Assembly (NCBI GenBank): GCA_963712115.1
Contig: CAVQGX010000037.1
Coordinates: forward strand, 1 to 64,000
DNA from: an uncultured delta proteobacterium
GTDB taxonomy: Bacteria; Desulfobacterota; Syntrophobacteria; BM002
DNA length: 64,000 bases
Direction: 5' to 3'
The notes beneath the pieces were generated by a model that was given only the letters and a program-made list of their open reading frames with translations, did not search any database and had not been told where the DNA came from. Positions 9,361 through 18,662 of the stretch are shown piece after piece; position 1 is the stretch's first letter, and each line of letters starts with the position of its first letter. Made by a program: the position numbers and the translations under genes.

Positions 9361-10743
9361 ATGGCGAATCCGATGAAAATCCGGCGGAGCCGGTTAATTA
9401 CTCCAGTTAATCTACCGATCCTTAGCTTTGCTGGCCTGATCCTAATTGGTGCCCTCCTGTTAATGCTACCGGCCGCAGCCAACGGACCCCGACTCGGCTT
9501 TGTGGATGGGCTTTTTACTGCCACCTCGGCAACCTGCGTTACCGGCCTGGTTGTGGTTGATACCGGTAGCAAATTGAGCCTCTTTGGTCAGTGGGTGGTG
9601 TTGGTGCTCATCCAGTGCGGCGGCCTGGGCATAATGACCTTCTCCACCGTGCTTATACTGGTTGTGACTGGCAGGTTTTCCTTCATGCAGCGGAGCGTGG
9701 TTCAGGACTCCTTCACCCATGGCCCCGATACCGGACTCCCTTCCTTGGTCCGCCACGTGGTGCTGTTCACCCTGCTCCTGGAAGCTGCTGGCGCTGCCAT
9801 ACTCTTCCTTCGATTTTCTGAGATCTACCATCCGGCCAGGGCCCTTTACTTTGCCGTTTTCCATGCAATAAGCGCTTTCTGCAACGCCGGATTCTGCTTA
9901 TATGCACAGAGCCTTATGGACTTCAGCGGGGATCCACTGGTAAGTCTGACCGTGGCTTTCTTGATCATTTTCGGCGGCATAGGGTTCTTGGTCCTTCTGG
10001 AGTTGAAGAGGCTCTTTTCCAGTCGCAACCGAACCAGGCACTCCAGGCGGGTGTCAGTCCATTCCAAGTTGGTCCTGACCCTGACAGTCATCCTACTTGC
10101 AGGCGGCACAGCGGGATTTTTATTCTCTGAGTGGAACCACTCCATGGCTGGCCTGGCAGTGCCCAGCAAATTTCTGGCGGCTTTTTTTCAATCAGTTACC
10201 GCTAGGACCGCGGGATTCAATACCCTGGATTTTGGCAAAATGGCGAATTTCACCCTGCTCTTCACTATCCTGCTCATGTTCATAGGCGCGGCTTCGGGAT
10301 CTACCGCCGGAGGTATCAAAGTTAACACCCTGGGAGTTCTCTTCGCCATCAGCCGTTCACGGTTAAGGGGTGAGGAAGGGACGAGCATATTTCGCCGGTC
10401 CTTGTCACCAGAGACAGTTGGTCGAGCCATTTCGGTTTTCGTTTTAGCGGTTGTGTTAATCTACGCTGCCACCATGGCTCTGACAGTTAGTGAGTTGGGT
10501 ACTACCATACACCAGGAGAGCAGGGGACTTTTCCTTGAACTCCTTTTTGAGGTAGTCTCTGCCTTCGGTACTGTGGGACTGAGTGTGGGGATTACCCCGC
10601 AGTTAAGCAGTGTTGGCAAGCTCATCATCGTCCTGGTGATGTTTTTAGGAAGGCTGGGACCATTATCCATTGCCGTGGCTTTGACCGCAAAAGAACCCAG
10701 GTCCCGATTTCAGTACGCGGAAGAAAATGTCATGATCGGTTGA
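9361..10743 (+). CDS. TrkH/KtrB potassium uptake membrane subunit
   Basis: FTATSATCVTGL, SAFCNAGF, TARTAGF, GSTAGGIK, SAFGTVGLS pore-loop motifs; start uncertain (9316/9361). Confidence 0.93.
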   Translation: MANPMKIRRSRLITPVNLPILSFAGLILIGALLLMLPAAANGPRLGFVDGLFTATSATCVTGLVVVDTGSKLSLFGQWVVLVLIQCGGLGIMTFSTVLILVVTGRFSFMQRSVVQDSFTHGPDTGLPSLVRHVVLFTLLLEAAGAAILFLRFSEIYHPARALYFAVFHAISAFCNAGFCLYAQSLMDFSGDPLVSLTVAFLIIFGGIGFLVLLELKRLFSSRNRTRHSRRVSVHSKLVLTLTVILLAGGTAGFLFSEWNHSMAGLAVPSKFLAAFFQSVTARTAGFNTLDFGKMANFTLLFTILLMFIGAASGSTAGGIKVNTLGVLFAISRSRLRGEEGTSIFRRSLSPETVGRAISVFVLAVVLIYAATMALTVSELGTTIHQESRGLFLELLFEVVSAFGTVGLSVGITPQLSSVGKLIIVLVMFLGRLGPLSIAVALTAKEPRSRFQYAEENVMIG

Positions 10744-10810
10744 GCACAGTAGAGCTAGCCCGGATAAGGTCCACACCTGCCAGATAAACGTCTTATAGGG
10801 GATATACATC

Positions 10811-11464
10811 ATGAAACAATTTGCTGTCATCGGCATTGGCAATTTTGGCTACTATCTTGGGCGTCATCTCTACGAGAAAGGGCATGAAGTTCTGGCCCTG
10901 GACATCAACAAAGGCCAGGTGCAAAAGATCAAAGAAGTGGTGAGCCAGGCCGTGATCGTCGACGCCACCGATCGGGAAGCCCTGGAGGCGCTGGGAATCA
11001 GCCAGGTGGACGCGGCAGTCGTCTGTATAGGCACTAGGATGCAGGCGAGTATCCTGGCAACATTGCACCTGAAAGATCTTGGCATAAAAAGAATCCTCGC
11101 CAAGGCAACCAGTGAAGAGCACGGACGCATATTGAGGAAAGTCGGTGCCACCGAGATCCTTTTTCCCGAGAAAGACCTGGCCATAGGGGTTGCAAGTCGA
11201 TTGGACAATCCGAATATGTTGGACTATCTGCCCTTCATCGAAGGTTACAGCATTGTGGAACTTGCTCCTCCCAAGGATTTTGTGGGTAAAAAACTTAAAG
11301 AGCTTGATCTGATCAATCGCTTCTCTGTTCAGGTACTGGCCGTCAAGGAGATTCTGCCAAAGGGGTTGGTTCTCATACCAAAGGCTGATTTTGTAATAAA
11401 AGACAGCGACGCCCTCATTGTTTTGGGCCCTGATGAGACCCTCAAAGAGTTACAGGAGGCATAG
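10811..11464 (+). CDS. TrkA/KtrA potassium uptake regulatory (RCK) subunit
   Basis: VIGIGNFG Rossmann motif, RCK-C domain, follows the TrkH/KtrB gene. Confidence 0.93.
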   Translation: MKQFAVIGIGNFGYYLGRHLYEKGHEVLALDINKGQVQKIKEVVSQAVIVDATDREALEALGISQVDAAVVCIGTRMQASILATLHLKDLGIKRILAKATSEEHGRILRKVGATEILFPEKDLAIGVASRLDNPNMLDYLPFIEGYSIVELAPPKDFVGKKLKELDLINRFSVQVLAVKEILPKGLVLIPKADFVIKDSDALIVLGPDETLKELQEA

Positions 11465-11466
11465 GG

Positions 11467-11683
11467 TATATTCAGCTAGCAGCAGGCAGCTGTTTCAACT
11501 AGGCACCACTGCTTAGCTCTGGTAGAGCTTCAGGTCATTTTGGCTTCGCCGTCATTAGGTCACTACGCTTCGCTGTCATTCGTTGTAATAGGTAGGAGCC
11601 TTCAAATCGGAAGTGAGTCTTGCGAATTGAACGGTTTTAACGCTTTTAACGAATTAACTAATTCTCTAATCAACTAATTGACA
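11467..11683 (-). repeat. Composite intergenic repeat (about 215 bp); second copy near 36470-36785
   Basis: Near-identical run AATTAGTTGATTAGAGAATTAG...GAAGGCTCCTACCTATTACAACGAATGACAGCG...GCAGTGGTGCCTAG in inverted orientation. Confidence 0.85.
11534..11580 (-). repeat. Repeat A (about 46 bp, AATGACAGCGAAGCGTAGTGACCTAATGACGGCGAAGCC)
   Basis: Other copies at 20554-20599, 24749-24794, 36670-36716, 46062-46102, 54443-54488. Confidence 0.9.
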
Positions 11684-11778
11684 AAACTCTATGCCCCATT
11701 CACCAAGCCCTATGCTTTTTTAAATCCGCGATTCGAAATCCGAAATCCGAAATTACAAAAGTGCCTAGTTGTTTTAAT

Positions 11779-13437
11779 CTAGCGGGTGTTGGTTTGGACA
11801 AGGATCATCTGGCCTGTTTGGAGTAGATTGGATTGGATTTGGTTTAGAGCCTTGATCTTGGCCACAGTGGTGTTGAAACGCTGGGCAATAAGCCAAAGCG
11901 AATCTCCTCTCTTGACCGTGTAGTTGATGGTAGATTCTGGGTTGGAGGGGGGGGTGTTGCTCGCCAAAATAATCTGACCACGAAGTGGTATCTTCAAGCG
12001 CTGGCCCGTCCTGATGCGACTGGCACTGCGCAAATCATTGGCGTGCACAATGTGCCTGACCGGCACCCGATATTTCAAGGCGATTCCCGAAAGGGTCTCA
12101 CCAAAGCGTACCCGGTGGACCACGTAAGCGCGTTGAGGTGGTTTCCACTGGGGAATCTGCTCTAGATTTGCCAGAAACATCTCGCTGGTCTCTAGAGGTA
12201 AATTGAGCATGAATGGGTAATTTGGTGTAGCCTTGTAGCGCAAAGAAGGATTAAGGTCCTCTAAGGTCTTTTGCGGTATATCCAGAGTCCGGGCGACGTC
12301 GCTTAACCTCATCTGTTTGTTGACTTGGACCTTTTCGCTCTTCAAGGGCTCATCTTGCTCCAATTCAGTAAAACCGTACTTCTCAGGATCCTTGATAATA
12401 TGGAGTGCCGCGAGAAAACGGGGCACATAACGGGCGGTCTCCAACGGCAGCCTGGGGTAAAGATCCCAGAAATCATCCAAATAGTTTACATGCTGCTGGC
12501 GAATCACCCGCAGCACGTTCCCCTCGCCACAGTTGTAAGCTGCCAGCACGGTAGTCCAGTCGCCGAAGAGATCGTGGAGAACCTTGAGGTAAGTAATGGC
12601 GGCCTGGGTTGAACGCTCGGGGTCCATGCGATCATCCACCCAGCGATCGCGACGCAGATCATAACGGTAGGCGGTGGAGGCGATGAATTGCCAAAGTCCC
12701 AAAGCTCTGGCCTTGGAGAAGGCCTTGGTTTTAAAACCGCTTTCGATTAGTGGCAGCCAGGAGAGACCTACAGGAAGACCAGCCTTCTGCATCTCTTCCA
12801 CGATATAAGGCCTGTACCTGCCTGAGAGTCGGTAGGAGTCGATGAAGAAGTTTCTTTCGGATGTCTGAAAGCGTTTTATTTCCCTGTCCACATACTGGTT
12901 CATGGCCAAAGGAATTTCCCTGCTGCGGCCCATTTGGGGGTGGGACCTGGAGGCGTAGATCTCCAGAATTCGTTTGGAGATGAGTAAGCGGAGGTCCTCC
13001 TTTTGCTGGGTGATCTCAGGGTTCTCTTCGTTCTGGATTGAGCAGATGATTAGGTAACTCTGATCAAGAGACTCTATCGCTTTATCCGGTTCCCCACTAT
13101 TCCAGGATTCCAGTGCTTCCTGATAGTAGTACAAGGCGTCGTCAATGCGCTTCTGGTCAGTGTATGGCTCCTCTTCGGGGTCGACTCCTTCCACCTCTTT
13201 GGCAAGCATATCCACTGGCGATGCCCCATTTGCCGGACTATCCTCTTGGGCAACCGATGAAGCCAGAAGATTCACCTCCCCGTCGGTGGAATTGGAAAGC
13301 TTGTCTTTTTCCAGATAGGACGTTTCTTGGTTTGTAGGTTGGGAACCCTCCCCGGGCCTTTGAATAAGTCCAGACGGAGTGCAAGAGAGGATGTAGAATA
13401 ACAGGCCAAACAGAGCTAGGCAAACAGCGCGTGGCAT
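11779..13437 (-). CDS. MltD-like lytic transglycosylase lipoprotein with two LysM domains
   Basis: Lipobox ILSC; IES catalytic motif, GLWQF, AAYNCG, ETARYVP; two C-terminal LysM repeats. Confidence 0.92.
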   Translation of the reverse strand: MPRAVCLALFGLLFYILSCTPSGLIQRPGEGSQPTNQETSYLEKDKLSNSTDGEVNLLASSVAQEDSPANGASPVDMLAKEVEGVDPEEEPYTDQKRIDDALYYYQEALESWNSGEPDKAIESLDQSYLIICSIQNEENPEITQQKEDLRLLISKRILEIYASRSHPQMGRSREIPLAMNQYVDREIKRFQTSERNFFIDSYRLSGRYRPYIVEEMQKAGLPVGLSWLPLIESGFKTKAFSKARALGLWQFIASTAYRYDLRRDRWVDDRMDPERSTQAAITYLKVLHDLFGDWTTVLAAYNCGEGNVLRVIRQQHVNYLDDFWDLYPRLPLETARYVPRFLAALHIIKDPEKYGFTELEQDEPLKSEKVQVNKQMRLSDVARTLDIPQKTLEDLNPSLRYKATPNYPFMLNLPLETSEMFLANLEQIPQWKPPQRAYVVHRVRFGETLSGIALKYRVPVRHIVHANDLRSASRIRTGQRLKIPLRGQIILASNTPPSNPESTINYTVKRGDSLWLIAQRFNTTVAKIKALNQIQSNLLQTGQMILVQTNTR

Positions 13438-13499
13438 AGGAAAAAGACCTCTTCATCGAGAGTTTTTAATGATCGCGAAGGGATTTGGCGACCAGATGA

Positions 13500-13515
13500 T
13501 GCATGATTAATGCCA
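13500..13515 (-). promoter_or_regulatory. sigma-54 promoter (MltD-like gene)
   Basis: TGGCAT-TAATC-ATGCA. Confidence 0.6.
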
Positions 13516-13747
13516 AATTTCTGGCTGTGCTCGAGTAGGGCTTTGCTTTGAAACAGCGGCCACTTTAGCAAAAATCTTGCGAAAACTCTACAAGAAATAC
13601 TTTTTCTGTGGCATTGATTAGACTGCCGTTTTTTTTCACCATCTGACACTTTTGGACCGCGAATGAGCTGGATTGTAGCACCTGTCATTTAGGTCTCCAA
13701 GCCTTAACTGCATAAAAATAAAAAGAAAAATTTCTAATTTCTTAAAT

Positions 13748-13763
13748 TGGCACGATCCTTTCA
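13748..13763 (+). promoter_or_regulatory. sigma-54-like promoter (imperfect -12)
   Basis: TGGCAC-GATCC-TTTCA after an AT-rich tract. Confidence 0.4.
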
Positions 13764-13862
13764 ATTGAAACAAGCTGGGGGAGGCGCATAGAGATTGCCA
13801 TAACAGCAGGTGATCCTGTAAATTACCCCAGGGAGGTTTTCTCTGGAAGGCAGGAGGATGAA

Positions 13863-14210
13863 ATGAGCTCCCCCAACTTTGCCCAGCGCCGTAAATACCG
13901 GAGAGTCGAAGTGCAATGGCCCGTCACCATGATGACCCCTGAAGGGGATATGGACGGCACTATAGAGAATATAAGTGCTGGTGGTGCCTATATCCGCTGT
14001 GGCACCCTATTGTCCAAAAATGACCTCTTCATACTCTCCATCCTGATTCAAGACCGAGAAGAGTCGTGGCTAGGGGCAGAGGTAGTGTGGGTAGATATTC
14101 CCCTCTCGCCCGACACAGAAGCAATACCCATTGGCATGGGAATTCGCTTTACAAACCTCACAGCAGAGGATTTCCGGTTTTTGACCGATGCAGTTGCTAA
14201 ACACAGTTAA
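13863..14210 (+). CDS. PilZ domain protein
   Basis: RKYRR (RxxxR), NISAGG, VVW, GMGIRF; AGGAGG RBS. Confidence 0.88.
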   Translation: MSSPNFAQRRKYRRVEVQWPVTMMTPEGDMDGTIENISAGGAYIRCGTLLSKNDLFILSILIQDREESWLGAEVVWVDIPLSPDTEAIPIGMGIRFTNLTAEDFRFLTDAVAKHS

Positions 14211-14300
14211 TCCGGAGGAGTCAGAATTATCGGCTTTGCAAATTGCGGGGGGGTGAGAACTGCAGCCGTCCAATAAAATAAATTGTAAAGAGACAAGCTC

Positions 14301-14753
14301 TCACTTTTCTACAAACTTGCCATCTCTGAATTCACCTTCAAACTCTGCACCATCTGGGTATGTCATCCTCCCCTGTCCGTGGGGGACGTCGTTTTTCCAT
14401 TCACCCACATACTTCCTACCGTCAGGGAAAGTCATGGTCCCCTGTCCGTGCCAGTCGCCGTTTTTCCATTGTCCATCGTACGTTGCCCCGTCGGGGAAGA
14501 GCCAAATTCCGTGACCATGAGGCTTGTCATCCTTCCACTGTCCCTCATATTGTCCAGCATAAGGATTGGTTAGGGTCCCCTGGCCGTGGCGCCTGCCATC
14601 CTTCCATCCACCCTCATATTTTGCTCCTTCAGGGTAAGTCATTTCGCCCTGTCCATTTCTACAATTACCTTGTACACAGATCCCCCTTGCCATGCAGGCG
14701 GGAAGAAAAAAACAGATCCCTAACAGGAAAAAGGCTGGTAGACTTCTCTTCAA
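14301..14753 (-). CDS. MORN-repeat lipoprotein
   Basis: Tandem Y-x-G-x-W-K-x-G-x-x-HG-x-G repeats; lipobox LPAC; TTG start at 14753 inferred. Confidence 0.85.
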   Translation of the reverse strand: MKRSLPAFFLLGICFFLPACMARGICVQGNCRNGQGEMTYPEGAKYEGGWKDGRRHGQGTLTNPYAGQYEGQWKDDKPHGHGIWLFPDGATYDGQWKNGDWHGQGTMTFPDGRKYVGEWKNDVPHGQGRMTYPDGAEFEGEFRDGKFVEK

Positions 14754-14969
14754 CTCTACCTCGAACTTTTGTCGGGTTCTGATGTCTGGCAGTAAACCTG
14801 CCTTATCACATAGGGTAAAACGCAAAAATTTGCCAATCATAACATCCGACTTCGTACATTTGAATCTGTAATCCGCAACCGATGATGGCAAAAATGAGTC
14901 ATGCCCAAGAATAAATTAAGGAAAACTAGAAGGTGGGGACATTTCTTTGCTAGATCAGCCGTTCGCGGG

Positions 14970-15401
14970 TTAGAGGTCCATGTCCATACATTTTTTCAGG
15001 ACCTTTTCCAGAGCCCTTCTTGCAGATACTACCCGGGTAGGAACACGCCTATCAGATCTGAGGACCTTGGCGACTGCGGTAGAGATTAGCCAGCGGTCTT
15101 GATCGCTGATTTCGGTGAAATTGAGGCCAATGATAGGTAAGGTAAGCTCGTTATCTATAATATCCGCAGTTGACCAAACCACCTCTGCTTCGACTGCCAA
15201 ATTGCGGTCAAGCTCAGGTATTTTAATTGTCATTTCGATAATTTCATGAACCAGGGGCGGGTTTTGTAAGCGGACGGTGGCACCACCGGCACTAAGGTCC
15301 ACGGTGTAGCCTGAAATAACACCTTGATCTGTTTTAACGGTAACTGGCCATTCTATTTTAGCTCTGGGGTAGCGACGTCTTTCGACAAACTGGGGATCCA
15401 T
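14970..15401 (-). CDS. PilZ domain protein
   Basis: ERRRYPR, DLSAGG, EVVW, GLNF. Confidence 0.88.
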   Translation of the reverse strand: MDPQFVERRRYPRAKIEWPVTVKTDQGVISGYTVDLSAGGATVRLQNPPLVHEIIEMTIKIPELDRNLAVEAEVVWSTADIIDNELTLPIIGLNFTEISDQDRWLISTAVAKVLRSDRRVPTRVVSARRALEKVLKKCMDMDL

Positions 15402-15413
15402 ATGAGCGCCACC

Positions 15414-15803
15414 TTACACAGTGGAACTTCCCTCGGGTCGGTGTGGTTCTTCTTTTTGGAGGTGATCCGTAACAAGGGCTGAAATCAACTCTTGGTCGGT
15501 CCCATCAATATTGGTAAACCTGACGCCCATGCCACGAGGCCTACCTTCATTATCAGAGGTAGAAAAATTTGACCACATAACTTCAGCAGTGGCCTGAACA
15601 CGGGGACAGAGAAGGGATACACTAATGGACACTTCTAGGACTTCGTTAGGTTTTAGGGGTTCGCGGCAGCGGATAAAGGCGCCTCCGTGACTGACATCTT
15701 GGGTCTCTCCCGACATGAATCCTCTGGTGCTTTTAATAATAACTGGCCAAGATATTATGGCCCTTGGGTGTTGGCGTCTTTCTCTGCCCTCTTGCATAGC
15801 CAT
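15414..15803 (-). CDS. PilZ domain protein
   Basis: ERRQHPR, DVSHGG, GMGVRF. Confidence 0.9.
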   Translation of the reverse strand: MAMQEGRERRQHPRAIISWPVIIKSTRGFMSGETQDVSHGGAFIRCREPLKPNEVLEVSISVSLLCPRVQATAEVMWSNFSTSDNEGRPRGMGVRFTNIDGTDQELISALVTDHLQKEEPHRPEGSSTV

Positions 15804-15918
15804 AAGAATAACCTTAAGTTTTCATCATCCCATCTCAGCTCTGAACCGGAACTAGTCGGGCGGCGTGAACCAGCTACAGACTAGTTAAAGACAGGGTTCA
15901 GTTCGGTGAGATGTTGAC

Positions 15919-15934
15919 TGCAACGTCTGTGCCA
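15919..15934 (-). promoter_or_regulatory. sigma-54 promoter (PilZ pair)
   Basis: TGGCAC-AGACG-TTGCA, consensus match. Confidence 0.75.
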
Positions 15935-16031
15935 CACCACTGCTAAAGGAAAGTTTTGCTTATAATTTTTGTGAAAATCTCAATGGGCTTGTGGCTGGGG
16001 AAGGACCTCTTGCCAGGTTGAGGCTCTATAA

Positions 16032-16397
16032 TCAGAACCATAAACAGGAGCGTTTTTTGACGAAAAGATGCTCCGGTGTAGTAGTGGACTGGATTGCTCC
16101 CACAGAGCTAAAACCCCTCGCCAAGTGCTCCGGTCTGCCGTAAAGGTATCCACCACCAAGTTCAACCGGCAGGGATAAGACTACATCGCCGGGGGAAAGC
16201 ATCTCGGCGCTTTCGGCTCCATAAAACACGCCAGGCTGGTTTTTTATGGCATCTGCCTGTTCTTGGGTTAAATCCAGGACTATTCCTGATGGCAACTTAA
16301 CTGGGGCAGCTGAGACATTGCGGGCAATAACCAGGACTGGTATGAACCCTACGAGAACTAAAAGTAGAATTTCCAACTTGGGACGGTTGACCTTCAT
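16032..16397 (-). CDS. Hypothetical exported protein
   Basis: N-terminal hydrophobic signal; ATG 16397. Confidence 0.55.
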   Translation of the reverse strand: MKVNRPKLEILLLVLVGFIPVLVIARNVSAAPVKLPSGIVLDLTQEQADAIKNQPGVFYGAESAEMLSPGDVVLSLPVELGGGYLYGRPEHLARGFSSVGAIQSTTTPEHLFVKKRSCLWF

Positions 16398-16555
16398 GCC
16401 AGAATCCTGGTGTACAAAATTGGTTCCCAAAAAAAAGCCCCCACTGACTGCGTCGCGGAGAACCCAGTGCGCCTACCGCTTGAAGCCTATGGGGGTTTAG
16501 GGCTAATAAGCCCGTCGTACCTGAGACAGCAAGGTATTATATTTGCTCAGTTCCG

Positions 16556-16777
16556 TCAATCGGTAAAACCACCATTTTGTCTTGCCGCCATGCGGGTTCG
16601 CATTTCTATTTCTGTCTGGCATCCTTGGTTGTCCACTTTGAGAACAATGCATGGATGCTTGTATGGAGCTGGCTCTGTGCTTCTTATATGCGCCCCACTC
16701 AAAGCGGTGAAGACTATGCTGGCCAAGACGACTAAAGTGGTTATGATGACAAACAAGTTAAATTTTTCGACCTTCAT
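16556..16777 (-). CDS. Small membrane-anchored hypothetical protein (73 aa)
   Basis: One N-terminal TM helix; purine-rich RBS; sigma-54-like promoter upstream. Confidence 0.5.
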   Translation of the reverse strand: MKVEKFNLFVIITTLVVLASIVFTALSGAHIRSTEPAPYKHPCIVLKVDNQGCQTEIEMRTRMAARQNGGFTD

Positions 16778-16859
16778 CCCTTTTACCCTCTCACATGTAC
16801 ACTCGGTGGCCCTATCCGATCATACTTTGTAATGCCTGAGCTGCTTTCGACTTCATAAA

Positions 16860-16875
16860 AGCAGTAAGAATACCA
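16860..16875 (-). promoter_or_regulatory. sigma-54 promoter
   Basis: TGGTAT-TCTTA-CTGCT; 69 bp from a triple palindrome. Confidence 0.6.
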
Positions 16876-16943
16876 AAGTTGCAAAAAACCTCGAACATCC
16901 CAAGAAAACTCTTACTTACAGTTTTTGGCTTAATTTGAGGTTG

Positions 16944-17000
16944 GTGGCAAAATGGCCAGATTTGGCCAATTGACCAAAGACCCTTTGGTCAAAGGGCCAA
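16944..17000. promoter_or_regulatory. Triple palindromic upstream activator site (TTGGYN-N4-GRCCAA x3)
   Basis: GTGGCAAAATGGCCAG (16944), TTGGCCAATTGACCAA (16962), TTGGTCAAAGGGCCAA (16985). Confidence 0.65.
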
Positions 17001-17027
17001 TCACCAGAATCCCGCCACCTAAGGTTG

Positions 17028-17170
17028 TCACCATCACTGTGCTACGATATGGGAAGCAGGTGATTATAATGCTATATGGAATTGATACAGCGGAGAAAGG
17101 GGTAGGTATGAAAGAAGGAGGTGAAGCGGTTTACTTCCGAAATGGTTTTCGGGAAAAAGTATTGGTGGAA
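17028..17170 (+). pseudogene. Thermonuclease (SNase-like) remnant
   Basis: TITVLRYGKQVIIMLYGIDTAEKG resembles the SNase RLYGIDTPE motif; continuation VKRFTSEMVFGKK lies in another frame. Confidence 0.55.
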
Positions 17171-17283
17171 AACATGGCTGGAATACCCTGCGAACGCGGA
17201 TTGCCACGCAGCAAATGTATCAAGCCAGGCACGCTAACGTAGAAGATAATGTACGGGAGCAAGGTAATTTTGTCTGAAAGCGA

Positions 17284-17487
17284 TCAATCCCCTTGCATCG
17301 CCCCACAGTCCGCTGGCTCCAAGCACTTTGGCAAATAACGAATCCCAAGTGACTGGGCGAACTGGTATCGAGCACAATCCAAGTAGGCGCCATGACAGTA
17401 TTTTTTGAGCAATTCAAATTCCGGAGATGCTGGTTTTATCTCACTCCTATAGAACCAGCAGCCAGTACATATGTCGCAGCGAGGCAT
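17284..17487 (-). CDS. Small Cys-rich protein (67 aa)
   Basis: C-x5-C...KKYC-x6-CARY pattern; GAGGTG RBS; sigma-54 promoter upstream. Confidence 0.7.
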   Translation of the reverse strand: MPRCDICTGCWFYRSEIKPASPEFELLKKYCHGAYLDCARYQFAQSLGIRYLPKCLEPADCGAMQGD

Positions 17488-17548
17488 TTCTTCACCTCAA
17501 ATTTAGGTTTGGACTGTCAAAATATAGTTTGCAGGCAACTAAATCAGT

Positions 17549-17564
17549 TGCAATGAACGTGCCT
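17549..17564 (-). promoter_or_regulatory. sigma-54 promoter
   Basis: AGGCAC-GTTCA-TTGCA. Confidence 0.65.
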
Positions 17565-17590
17565 GCTCGGAAACCTTGTTCATCCCTCTA

Positions 17591-17982
17591 GCCCGGATAT
17601 TTCATGAATTCACGCCTTGGCGTGACTGCGACCACCTCAGGATCTCAGATTTCAGATTTTAGATTTCAGATTGAAGGGTGTCTGCTGCAAACTGGTTATT
17701 TGAGTTGAACAAGAATGCAAGTTCAATTTCCACCCTCTGCTTTGTCTGAGTCGGTTTTGTGCAATCTCAAATCCGCAATCCGCATTCTGCAATCCATAAT
17801 CGTCCTTCCTGGCGTCCTCGGGTGGTGGCCCCTGCGACGTACCGTTCAGGTACGCCTCGGAACCAATCCCGCGGTACCGCGGGACGGTTGCCCGGTGGCC
17901 CGCCCGCCTCGCCTTGCTCGCATGGCGGGCAGGCACGTCCATCTTCGTGGTCTCGCGACAGTAATTCATGAAATATCAGGGC
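17591..17982. mobile_element. MITE C, long copy
   Basis: Terminal inverted repeats GCCCGGATATTTCATGAATT / AATTCATGAAATATCAGGGC, TA on both sides; interior shared with 40269-40490. Confidence 0.8.
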
Positions 17983-18053
17983 TAGCTTCTTGCAAAAAAC
18001 CGGGTATTGATGTAAGACTTTTTTCACCCACTCGGGGTGGGGAAATACACTCT

Positions 18054-18130
<77 letters not shown>

Positions 18131-18138
18131 GGAAACAA

Positions 18139-18175
18139 TGTGCCCGGACCGGTTGGGTCCGGGCACACATCTTTT
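18139..18175 (+). terminator. Intrinsic terminator after tRNA
   Basis: TGTGCCCGGACC/GGTCCGGGCACA stem then CATCTTTT. Confidence 0.65.
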
Positions 18176-18418
18176 AAGCACGCTGAGGTGAGGATTGTGG
18201 ACCCTTAGAAACTATGGTGAACTTGCCCTCCTTCGCTTAGGGAACTTGTCCTGAGTGAAGCGAAGGAGGACAAGTAGCCTTCCCGAAGGGAATCCTCCCA
18301 GGAACGCCAGGAAAAAAAACACCCGGACCATAAGGTCCGAGTGTCTTCTTGCTAAAAGAAAAAACCCAGCAACTGGCTGGGCTCTAAATAGGTCTGATCT
18401 GCTCGAATCTGACTGTTT

Positions 18419-18607
18419 CTAGGACTCTCCCTTGCTCAGCTTTTCCACATGTGCGTCCCATATCTCTTTAGGGGTCTTGTTGATTGTGGTCGTGACCCTG
18501 GCAGCACCTTCTTCCTTTTTGATCTTTTTCCGATCATGCAGGATGACCAGGCCGAATATTACTACCAATGCAAACACACCGATCGTAGCCATGAGACCCG
18601 AAGTCAT
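18419..18607 (-). CDS. Small single-TM protein (62 aa)
   Basis: AAGGAG RBS, TM helix then basic tail; terminator-like hairpin near 18358-18383. Confidence 0.7.
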   Translation of the reverse strand: MTSGLMATIGVFALVVIFGLVILHDRKKIKKEEGAARVTTTINKTPKEIWDAHVEKLSKGES

Positions 18608-18662
18608 TTCTATTCTCCTTTAGCCCTGATACTCAATGAGACGAGCTCGCAAAAAATGCGGT

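Noticed and set aside
16429-16514. c-di-GMP-I/II or ZTP riboswitch
   Set aside because: Lacks the conserved nucleotides of those aptamers; kept only as an unassigned structure
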